In this document: positions 1 to 10,223 of the stretch, piece by piece
How the letters are laid out: each line of letters opens with the position of its first letter
How positions within the stretch are numbered: the stretch's first letter is position 1
NCBI GenBank assembly: GCA_963693365.1
Contig: CAVNZM010000008.1
Coordinates: 6,458,830-6,522,829, forward strand
Length of the DNA: 64,000 bases
From: Amoebidium appalachense
Lineage: Eukaryota > Protista > Ichthyosporea
Direction: 5' to 3'
Notes under the pieces: model-generated
The model's input: the letters and a program-made list of their open reading frames with translations, nothing else
Told to the model about the DNA's origin: nothing
Databases searched by the model: none
Position numbers and translations under genes: made by a program

Positions 1-619
1 TAGATGTGTCCGCGGCTCAGAATGCGGATTAAAAGCTAGCAGGCCTGGATCGGCGAAATGGGCCCGAATCCCTTTTCATCCATAAAAAACACTGTATTCT
101 ATGCACTATAAGCCCAACAAACTTAGGCTTAAAACGCGAAGAATTAAAAGGCCATTTTTTTGACATCATTCGTTGCTTAGCGCAACAAAAAAGCGTAAAC
201 TTCTAGAGAGTAAGACTTGGTTTTGCAGCCAGAACGCCGCTGGCGCCGGCGGCCTTAGAAGTTCAAATTGCCATCCGATGAGATGCCGCCAGGGGGTGTC
301 TACGAATTTGAGCTGGAACATTTGATTGGTCCATATACATAGACAGTCCAACATTTCGAATTTCGGCTTTTGTTAAGGGGGTGTGCATTAACGTTTTACT
401 TAGTGAAAGTTTGCGTTCTAATTATTTGTGTAGCAAAACTTGGTAGCAAAATGAGCCTGTTTGTTTTCTACGTATTTTTAATTTACGCATGTATGGGGTT
501 TTGACAGCTGTAGCGGCTGAAATATTGAATAAAATGCTGGCGACATATGCCATTAACGATCTGGGCCTGCTAGTGTTTATTCCGTCGAATCTGGTCCTGG
601 GCCGCCGCGGACACATCTA
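1..619. mobile_element. Non-autonomous DNA transposon (MITE), hAT-like TIRs, inside the lectin intron
   Basis: 1-16 TAGATGTGTCCGCGGC is the exact reverse complement of 604-619. The imperfect inverted repeat continues inward (CTAGCAGGCC..GATCG at both ends). No coding capacity. The TAG start fits hAT TIRs. The left flank is outside the window, so the TSD cannot be checked. Confidence 0.7.
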
Positions 620-1119
620 TCTCCCTCCCTTCCTCCCTCTCTCTTCCCCCCTCCCCCCCCCCCCCCCCCCCCCGCCCTTCCCACCCCTTACTGCCGTGGG
701 GAAGAAAAATCGCGCTGCACCTCCAGTTGCCCTCCATGCCAAACCCCCGCCCAAAAAATTGCATCCCCCTCCCTCCCCCCCCCCAAACCCCCCTCCCGCC
801 CTTCCCCCGAGTAGCTCTAAACACACAGCTACATTCGACGAAACCGTGACAAAACAACAAAAACACAAGCGAATATACAAAACCCTAGAGCAAACTTAGA
901 GCGCCAGATTTGAGTTTTACTTTAACAGCCAAGAACCAGAAGAAGACGCCACAAGACAACATATGTCGGAGAAGCTCAACACCAAGACTGCAAAGGGCGC
1001 AAGGGTCGGAACAAGCACGCAGCCAACCTTTCAAACGCAGACATGTCTACAAAGCAGCAGTGAGACTTGTGCTTGTGAGGACTGGCCCTTGTACTTGTGT
1101 GCTCGTAAACATGTGGTAT

Positions 1120-1263
1120 TCTGTGTATGTGTGTGTATATACGTTTCTCTGAATGAAGTTCGTGGCTGTGGGGGGGGGGGGGGTGCGTGTTTCAGTATGT
1201 GTGTGTCTGTGTGTGTGTGTGGGCGCGGGGGGGGGGGGGGGGGGGGGTTGCGTGTGTGTGTGC

Positions 1264-1299
<36 letters not shown>

Positions 1300-1346
1300 T
1301 GTGTGTGCGCGCGCGCGCGCGCGTGCACGCGTGTGTGCGTGTACGT

Positions 1347-1401
<55 letters not shown>

Positions 1402-1600
1402 CGCGTGCGTGCGCGTGCGTGCGTGTGCGTGTGTGTGTGTGCGCGCGCACGATGTGTGTGTTAGTGTGCAGATGTGTGTGCGTGCCTGTCTGTGTTGGTG
1501 TGTGTGTGTGTGTGTTTGTGTGTTTGTGTGTGTGGTGTGTGTGTGTGTGTGGTGTGTGTGTGTGTGTGTGTGTGTGCGTGCGTGTGCGTGTGTGCGCGCA
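1120..1600. repeat. Compound (GT)n/(GC)n/poly-G microsatellite, intronic; representative of dozens in the window
   Basis: Seen directly. It produces the spurious poly-VC/HT ORFs. Confidence 0.95.
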
Positions 1601-1746
1601 GGCACGCTTGTGTGCATGCAGGTATCCATGTGCCTGTGACCGGTGTGCCCTGCCCAGAGACAAAGCTCTTATCATCCATGCACGACCCATAACATACCAA
1701 AGAGGTAAGATGTGATGAAAGAGGGAGGGAGAGAGGGTATACATAC

Positions 1747-1918
1747 TTCCACCGACTCTCCAGAAGCTAAGTTGGTTTTTCTGGTAAAGCGAAAAGGGGC
1801 CCCTCAGACTGTGCTTGAACTCAAACCGTCTTCTTTCATTTGGGCCGACAGCGGGCTGTGCCGGGTTTGCTAGCGCCAGCGTGCTGGCACATAGCAAGAG
1901 GGGAATGTAGGTGTACAT
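1747..1918 (-). CDS. L-type lectin cargo receptor (ERGIC-53/VIP36, LMAN1/LMAN2 family), first coding exon only
   Basis: Signal peptide MYTYIPLLLCASTLALA, then RRFEFKHSLRGPF..FWRVGG, the typical start of the Lectin_leg-like domain. GTATGT donor starting at 1746. No convincing exon 2 in the window. Confidence 0.75.
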
Positions 1919-2320
1919 GTTTTGTGGCTATGGCTCCAGTATACAGAGTTGGTATATGTGTGTGAAAGGAAGGTACATTGAGCGAACTAGCCTAAGTTGT
2001 TGGGTAAGTACAGTAAGGAAGGCAGTTTTTTCCGTTGCCCACTACTGTGCTTGTTCGAGAGCACAAAAACCAGTCCTTCGGAGAACTCGGGAGGTTACAG
2101 AACATAAAGTTTACAGCCGGGGGCCCAGGGAAAAAAAAAAGAGCGGCCCGCGCGCTGTATGGAGGAAAAACTTGGAAAATCTCTGAACACTGGAACGAAC
2201 TTTTTGAGCTTAGTGATGCGTGGTTACGTAAGTAACGTTAGATGATGGCTAAGGATGCATCACGGCTCTCGTAAGTTACTGGCGCGCCGCAAGTTGACTG
2301 CAGTGCTCGGAAGTTGTTTC

Positions 2321-2730
2321 TTTTTATAATGACTTTATTGATATGCTCATGAAAGAGAAGCAAGCCGGAGATATCACAGATATCTCAGAGAAGAAAATAC
2401 AAAGCGGGTAAGCTCCTCGCCTCCGACGCAGGAGGCACCTGGTTCGAATCCCGGGATGTAGCGCATTGGGGATCGGATGCCCTGATGGGACTCGCCTGGG
2501 TGCAGAACTATGGCAATGGCCCTCTAAGCTAGCTCCAACCGGGGTAGTCAAGGATCGGATGCCTTGGCTATTCCGGAAAGTTTTCTTTATCTCAATGGCT
2601 TCTATTTTGCTGAGCATATCAATAAAGTCATTATATATATAAAAAAGGGCTTTTGTATTTTCTTTTCCGAGATATCGGTGATATCTCGATGGCTTCTATT
2701 TTGCTTATCAATAAAGTCATTATAAGAAAG
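2321..2730. mobile_element. Cluster of tRNA-derived SINE pieces: one head+body copy on + (~2405-2646), a 3' fragment on + (2647-2730) and a 3' fragment on - (2404-2321)
   Basis: B-box/T-loop GGTTCGAATCC at 2441-2451 preceded by an anticodon-arm-like segment. Three copies of the tail TATCAATAAAGTCATTATA followed by an A-rich run. Two fragments carry the hairpin GAGATATC-nnn-GATATCTC. Confidence 0.55.
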
Positions 2731-2749
2731 AAGATACAAAAACCCCAAC

Positions 2750-4597
2750 TCACGGATATCCTTACGGAGGAGATAACGACTCAAATAATCATACACCCTA
2801 GAAAACTCGTTAAACATACGGTGGTTTAACAGATAGTCAATAGAAGTAATATCAGGATTTCTAAATAAACTAGTCTTCGAATTTCTAACGGAAGAATCTG
2901 AAAAAAGGTTCTGCGCAAAAGTAGCACAAACATTTATGGAAACTAAGGTTACAACGCCAAAATAAACATTTCCAAGCAATATCACATGAAGGGGTTGTTA
3001 GAATGGCAAAATCGGCAAGTGTGGTAGGTTTACGAGAGGAAGGACGAATATAAGTAGCTAATTTACATAACGATTGTAGAGAAATTAGACGAGTCTCTAA
3101 TATTAAAAGAAGCACAGGCTCAAGAGTCCTACCATGATACTCTTTATCACAACGATGAAGCAAAGGATATTGAGTATGAAACCAAGTAACATACTCCTGA
3201 TAAATAGGGGAAGAGAAAAATAAAGGAGACAAATATTTAATAGGATATCTCTGAATGGGAGATAGATTGGGTAGAGGACATTTCGCACGAACATTAGAAA
3301 TGGGAACAGGGTCTAAAAAAGGAAAGAATTGCAACAAAGGATGATAAGAAGGAAGCTTAACCAAATGAAAACAACTTGAAGCGAAGGCCTAACTCATTCA
3401 TACGCTGACTCGCCGGAGGGAGACCAAAAACACTCAGCAAAGGAGCCGCCAGAGGATGCCTACACGAGACCCGAGAGATGAACTGGATGAATTCACGCTG
3501 AAAGGAATCAAATTCCCGAAGCGCCGCGCGCTGTTGCCGTGGAGGGGCACACAAGAGTAATGGGAGGCCATATTCGAAACATGGACGAAGAAAAACTTTA
3601 TAAAGGGTGAGCAGATCTAGATTAGCAGGATGGACATTCGAAATACTTGCGAAAATGCCTTGATAGATGTGTAATCGACCACGCGCACGGGAAATGCGCG
3701 AAGTCAAAGGCGCTCAAGGCAAATACCCTTAGAGGTGAAAGGGTGACTAAGTAGTCATAGGAGGACAACTGGGATACTACTGTTAATTGTTCAAAGTGTA
3801 GTGTGCATGGGGAGAAAAGGTACCGCATTTTTCTAACCCAAGAAGGATCATGAGTGACTAAAACAATATCATCAGCGAAAAAAGGGCCATCAGCGAAAAA
3901 AGGGCCGGAAACACAAGAGTCACCTGCAACGGGAAATCGTTGAATTTCTACCGCTAAGTCGTCAATAAAGACATCAAAAAGGAGGGGACTCAAAAGTGAG
4001 CCCTGTAAAAGACCTCGTGTACGACTGAATCCGTTACTCAGTACCCCATTCACAACGGCAGCCCCTGTTATGGGTGCGGCGGTCAAATAACGCCTGAAGT
4101 AGTCGACCAAAGGGAAGTGGGAGCCCTCGAGTCGCCAACTTATGCCAAAGCAAATTCGTCGGAACCGTGTCGTAGGCATTCTTAAGGTCGATGAAGCAAA
4201 CCTCGCGACATCCCGAACGGATAGTGTCGTGTAAAAGAAGAGCACGAGTATAGCACCAATAAGCATACCGAAACCCGCCCTGAATGTTGCGTAATCGAAA
4301 TACATTGGATAAGGTCTCATGCTTGTGGAAGGCGCGCAATATGCAGGACTCGAATAGGCGACGAAATATGTTGGTTAAGGTGACCGGCCGAAAAGAAGAA
4401 ATCGGACCAGTAGAGACCTTCTTGCAGACTGGATTCACTCAAAGAGTGTCATTCCACGACGAAGGAATGAAGCCCAACTCATAAAAGGCGGAGAAGAACT
4501 CGCTCGCCAAATATGCAAACGGTGGAGGAGGCGTATTCCCGCCTTTGGTAATAACGGGCGGAGGGCACAATGCCTTAAGAAGGCCGGGTGGAAGAGC
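2750..4597 (-). mobile_element. Non-LTR retrotransposon RT element A, degenerate, main part
   Basis: Motifs SFRPVTLTNIFRRLFE, FIDLKNAYDTV, RGLLQGSLLSPLLF, FFADD, RPCFEYGL and a Cys-rich C-terminus. Several frameshifts and stops. Collinear with element B. Confidence 0.9.
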
Positions 4598-7500
4598 CAC
4601 CCCGAGCCAAGACCACTGGCTCCCTCGACTGTGCCTACTGTCACGAAGACCATCATGTCACACAGTGTGACAAACCTGGCTGCTCAATTGCCCGTCGTCA
4701 CCGTGCCAACACCAAGTCTGGAAAAGAGGTGCATTTTGCCCTCGTGTCCACCACTGCCTCCCTACCCATGGACCCCTGCTGGGACTCGGCTTCAAACTTC
4801 CACGTGTGCCCAGTAAAAGAGTACTTCTCTACTCTTGAGCCATGCCCCCCGACTGACGTCCACGGCCTCGGCATCGTCACTGCACATCACCGTGGTGTCA
4901 TCAACCTGGCCGTCACCTACAACGGAGTAACATCAGTACTGAGCCTCAACACCCTCTATGTACCCGACTCCCCAGCCTTCCTGATATCACCCTCAATGGC
5001 CTCCAAATCGGGTCTCCTTGCCCACCTCGATGATGAGGATGCATTCCCATCATACCTCTACACTCGTGGTGGCAACATCGTGTGTTCCCTCACAGGCACA
5101 GATGGACTGTACTTCATCACTGACTATGAGATACGTCCCTCCATCCCTCGGACCGTCACTGCTCTGGTAGCCAACGTCAAGGTCAACAATGATCCTCAGC
5201 TCTGGCACCACCGTCTCGGCCATCGTGCCCTGTCCACCCTCACCAAGATGGTGAGAGGTGACCTCGTGACAGGCCTCCCCTCATCCCTCTCAGTGGCTGA
5301 CACCACTGACTGCTTCGGTTGTGTCTCCGGCAAGACCACCAAGGCCCCATTCTCCGGCACCAGAACCCAGTGCCCCTTCCCCGGTGCCAAGTGGCACATG
5401 GACTTCTTCGAGCCTCCCTGTGCCTCCTATGGTGGCTACAAGGTGGCCCTCGTGTGTACCTGTGATGCCTCCGGCTACACCATCGTGTACCTCCTCCGTG
5501 ATCGATCCGAAACTCTCGAATACGTCAAGGCCCTGGTTGAGACTACTGACAAGCAACCCGACAAGGTGGTGACCCACTTCCGTTCAGACTCTGGGTCCGA
5601 GTTCACCTCCCACGCTATGGAGCAGTACTGCCAGTCCAAGGGCATCATTCAAGAATTTGCCCCGGTTGACTGCCCCCAACTCAACGGCTTCGTTGAACGT
5701 AAGATGAGGGATCTGCAGGAGATCGTTCGGTGCTTCCTTCATCAGGACAAGGCCGACTCCCTTTCCCCCAAACTGTGGGGAGCTGCTCTCAAGCATGCTG
5801 CCTACATCATCAACGTGACCCCGGCCAGAGCTGCCAATGGCCGTACACCGTTTGAAATTTTCTACGGTGTCAAGCCTGACATCTCCCACCTGCACGTGTT
5901 CGGCTGCCCAGCCTATGTACACGTCCCTGCATCCAAACGAGACAAGTTGGCCTCTACCGTCAAACTCGGCACCTACGTGGGCTGGGATATCACCAACAAA
6001 GCCCACAAGATCATGAATCTACGTGGCAACACGGTCAACCTCTACCGCGATGTCGTCTTCGACGAATCACAATTCACCACGGCATCCAATCAGATTTCTG
6101 TGCAGGCCACCAATCAGACGACCTCAATCGATTCATCCCTGCATTCCGGAAATTCCAATTCCGATGACGATGAAATTCCGTCGGTGATTATCCGTCGTTC
6201 CCCCCGTCGTGTACCTGCCCCCGTGGCTCCACCCACCCCCCCCCCCCACCGGTCAGCAACCCCTGCTGCCGGCCCCTGCCGTCAATGACCACGTACCTGG
6301 TCATCTCACCCCGGTTCGTCCTGGGTCTCCGGAGTTCCACTCGGCCCCGTCCAGCCCCGTGTTATCCGACTCCCCCCTCAACACGGCACCCATCCCTGGC
6401 TTCCAGGCCCCCATCCCCGACCACCGAGTGTCTGTCACAGACAACCCCCCGGCCCCTGAGCCCCTCCGTACCGTTCCCCGTCGTTCCTCCCGTCTCTCCT
6501 CCCGGCCTGCTATGGCTATGGTGAGCATCTCCCGACCCAGCCTTGATGTGTCTCAGCTGCCCCGGTCAATTCAGAAGCTGTGCTCTGGCACCAAGGGTGA
6601 TGAAGTGGTGACTGCCCTCACTGCCGAGTACAAGGCTTTCATCGACAAGGACATCTTCGACGTAGTTGAGCCCCCCCTCCGATGCCAACATCATCCGATT
6701 CAAGTGGATTGTCACGGAGAAGGTCCTCAACTCTGCTGGTGACACCAAGATCAAGGGTCGTGGTGTGGCCAAGGGTTTCACCCAAGTCTACGGTGTTGAC
6801 TACGGTGAAAACTCTTCCCCCGTCGTCATGTCCTCCTCCGTCCGTGCCCTGCTTGCCCTCGGTGTGCAACAGGACCACGAGATCCATCAACTCGACATCA
6901 GCACGGCCTTCCTCAACAGCCCCCTCGACGAGACTTTGTACATGGAGCAACCTCCTGGTTTTATCCTCCCTGGCAATGAACACAAAGTCTGGAAACTCAA
7001 GAAGGCCATCTACGGACTCAAGCAGGCATCCCTGGCATGGTACGAGTTCTTCAACTCCATTCTCATTGCCCACGGCCTCACCCGTCTCCGTTCCGATCCG
7101 TGTGTCTACTTCCGTCAGTTCCCCAACGGGCACATCATCCGTTCGGGCAACTACGTTGATGATGCCATCATCACCTGCACACGGAACTCCACCATCATGC
7201 AGGGGCTTGTTCGTCACATCACGAAGTCTGCCGAGTGCAAGGTCGGTCTGCCAGACATCTTCCTCGGCACCCAACTGCTGTACACCCGTGACTCCCTCAA
7301 GCTGCTGCAGTCCTTCTACATCAAGGACATCATCACCGACTTCAACCTGGTCGATGCCAAGCCTAAGGCCACCCCTATTCCCGTGGGCACCATCATCAAC
7401 GAGACCTCCCACTCATCCCTGCCCACCACCGTCCCCTACCGTGAACTCCTCGGCCGTCTGCTGTGGGTTGCTCGGTGCTCCCGGCCTGACATCTCGTATG

Positions 7501-8108
7501 CCATTGGCTACCTCGGCCGATTCAGCTCCAAGCCCACCAAGACTGCCTGGGAGCTTCTCCTCCGTGTCGTTCGTTACCTGCTCGGCACCATCAACCTCGG
7601 CCTCTACTACAAGAAGAAGGCCCCCAACAGCAAGGTGTCCATCCTTGAGTGCTACTCGGATTCTGACTTTGCTGGTTGCCCCACCACCCGTCGTTCCACG
7701 TCTGGGTACGTCATCCTCCTCGAAGGCTCCCCCGTCACCTACCACTCCAAGCTGCAGACGATCACTGCAACCTCCACGTGTGAGGCCGAGCTCCTGGCCC
7801 TCAATGCTGCCGTGCAAGATGTTGTCTGGCACCGTGATCTACTAAAGGAGCTGGGCTACCCCATGACCGAGCCCACCCCCGTGTACTGTGACAATCAGTC
7901 CACCATTGCTCTGGTCCACTCCAACACCATCAAGCACCGGACCAAGCACATTGCCGTTCGTTACTTCAACACAAAGGACTACATCAACAGTGGGGACGTC
8001 ACTGTCACCTACATCGACACCAAGAAGAACCTGGCCGACATCTTCACCAAGCCTCTGGCTGGTACGGCCCACGACACACACCGTGCCAACCTCAGTCTCC
8101 GTGACTGA
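4598..8108 (+). CDS. Copia polyprotein (gag knuckle, protease, integrase, RT, RNase H), split by two frameshifts
   Basis: CAYCHEDHHVTQC, WDSASNFH, LWHHRLGH..CFGC, RSDSGSEF, NGFVERKMR, QLDISTAFL, YVDD, YSDSDFAG, YCDN, ADIFTK. Frame breaks lie at or near the C-runs at ~6236-6247 and ~6671-6677, possibly homopolymer sequencing errors. Confidence 0.88.
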
Positions 8109-8828
8109 CCCGTGCACTGGTGTTCATCATCGAGTGGTTTCTGAGTAGGTTGGGGCCCTGGACAGCAGTTGACACACCTACGGTGATCAAGATGCCTCCC
8201 AACGAAAGTCTACTACTCCTCATCGTTTCTCTTCATCAGTGGGGACTCAGTCTTCCATCGTCATATGTGTGCATCTTCAGTGGGGATTATTCTCCCCCAT
8301 CCGTCGTTTATTTATATTCATATCCCACCATATATATTGGTTTTCTTCTATATTCGACTTATATATATGTCGAACTGGGATGGCGTCCCAGTATAAATAA
8401 TTATCTATAGCCATGACGTGCTGGTTGACTGCCAGTCTAAACCTAGTCCACGGGATGCACCTTCCCCGTGTCTTAACTGGTTGACCACCAGTCTATAAAT
8501 CAGTCCACAAGATGTTCATGTCTTGTGTTTACCTGGGTGGTCCCCAGTATAAACCATTAGCCACCAACACGTCACACATACACTAGTGTTTCCTATCTAT
8601 ATATATATATATCGCCGATAACCACCATGATTTCTTATTTCGAGTCTTCAGAGGCAACCGTCGTTGTGTGCCTCTTCAGTTTTGATTCTCTCCTTCCCAC
8701 CTCAAGGATCTTCGGTTTGCATCCTCGAGTGGGGAAACTTGAGTGTGACGGCCCCTCCTGTGTTTGGACCCCATCTACCGTCACATCAACAGACACGAGA
8801 ACACAAACTTCAACCCCTTGAGTGGGGA

Positions 8829-8960
8829 TGTTGGAATACGTCACCATGTATGACAGCAAGAGCCTTGAAGTATGTATGTGTCCTAGCTTGTTTGTATTCG
8901 TGTCTGCTTTCCTCCTTTGTGCTCTCTCTCTTTCCCTCTCTCTCTCTCTCTCCCTCTCTC

Positions 8961-9026
<66 letters not shown>

Positions 9027-9627
9027 CCCCCCCCCCCCCCCCCGTATCTCTCTCTCCCTTGTTTCTGTGGGCACAGATATCTGTAGATCTGTGCACACCT
9101 GGCTCTCTTGCCTGATAAGAACTTATTGTGTTTTATTTCTATTTGCTCTCCTCTGTTTATCTGAGAGGTAGCGTGATTGCCTAGCCTCACTCGTTGTCTT
9201 TCCTTTATTTCAAAATGGCCTAGTTTGTTCTCAAAAGGATGGCTCGCCAATAGTCGCGAGCGAGTACATCTGTAGATTGTGTTGTGCATTCCTGTCTGTT
9301 AATATATGTGTGTTGTGATTGGACAATAGATATATATGGAATTCGGTTTATTGCAAAGTGTCTTCACTTTGAGAGTGTCGACTGTTAGGAAATATATGTA
9401 TTTAAATAAGTTTCTTTATAGAGACGAACATAAATATATATGTGAGTTAATAGTGACTAGATGTATAATTACTTAATTTATTTAAGTAAGAGTTTCTACA
9501 CTTTAGTTTAATCGGAAGTTGGAATGCGTATGCTCTGTCGGAATGTGTTTTTCTATCTTCTGATAGAACCGATTGGTTCTCCCTCTTTAGTTGTGATAAG
9601 GTGATAAGTCGCAAGTACAAAACAACA
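8829..9627 (+). repeat. 3' LTR of the truncated copia (about 800 bp, contains a (CT)n/poly-C tract)
   Basis: Starts TGTTG directly after the polypurine tract and ends with the inverted CAACA at the host junction. No second LTR to confirm the boundaries. Confidence 0.65.
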
Positions 9628-9788
9628 CAATGCCTTAAGAAGGCCGGGTGGAAGAGCATCCGGACCACGTGCCTTTTTGGGTTTTAGGGCAGAAATAGCA
9701 CGTTGAACGTGTGCAGCATTAAAATAGCTCAAATACTCACCTGTAAATGAAGAATCAATCGGCCAGGAGGGTGGTGTGGAGTTGAACT
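9626..9788 (-). mobile_element. Non-LTR RT element A, 5' piece displaced by the copia insertion
   Basis: WPIDSS..KKARGPDALPPGLLKALC continues in frame into PPPVITKGG..IPSSWNDTL at 4565 once the insertion and one copy of the duplication are removed. Confidence 0.85.
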
Positions 9789-10190
9789 TTTTTTTTCTTT
9801 TTTTTTTTTTTTTTCTCTTTTTTTTTTGGCCCCGGCAACATCTTACCCTATACCCTATACTAGTTAGCAGGAATAGGAACACGCTGACCACTTATTCTAA
9901 CAGGTCCATGGCGCAATTTGAATATGGCCTTCAAGTATTTGCGTACGCACTTCTTTACTATAGCTTTCAAAACCAGGAAAGTGTGATCAGTCCGAGTCTT
10001 TCCCCACAATTCGCCGGGCTTCCACACGCTTGCTGGAAAGAGAGGAGGTCTCATTGTGTAGCACATAAAACAAAGTATTATTGCTTTAAGGAGAATACAA
10101 CAGGCGTATGTTTGGCCTTGAACAGGGGGGGGAGCGGACCTGTAAGGGGGTGAGATAGGAGGTGGGGGACAGGTGCAGGCAGGGGTTTTT

Positions 10191-10221
<31 letters not shown>

Positions 10222-10223
10222 GC

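Larger units (their letters stand above)
4598..9627 (+). mobile_element. Ty1/copia LTR retrotransposon, 5'-truncated (no 5' LTR or PBS, most of gag missing)
   Basis: Domain order zinc knuckle-PR-IN-RT-RH. PPT GAGTGGGGA then TGTTG at 8829, ending CAACA at 9623-9627. Flanked by the direct repeat 4566-4597 = 9626-9657. Confidence 0.9.

Noticed and set aside
570-616. Apparent lectin exon 2 (AG then VSAAAQDQIR)
   Set aside because: It is the MITE's terminal inverted repeat and hits a stop after 15 codons; the DQIR similarity is probably chance.
963-1715. Long VC/HT/poly-Pro/poly-Gly ORFs here and throughout 19000-48700
   Set aside because: Translations of microsatellites and homopolymers inside introns.
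2405-2465. Functional tRNA gene
   Set aside because: Only the anticodon- and T-arm-like half is present, with no acceptor stem or D-arm; treated as a SINE head.
9860-9970. Plus-strand AQFEYGLQV resembling the RT thumb motif EYGL
   Set aside because: Too short, with no flanking RT motifs to support a call.
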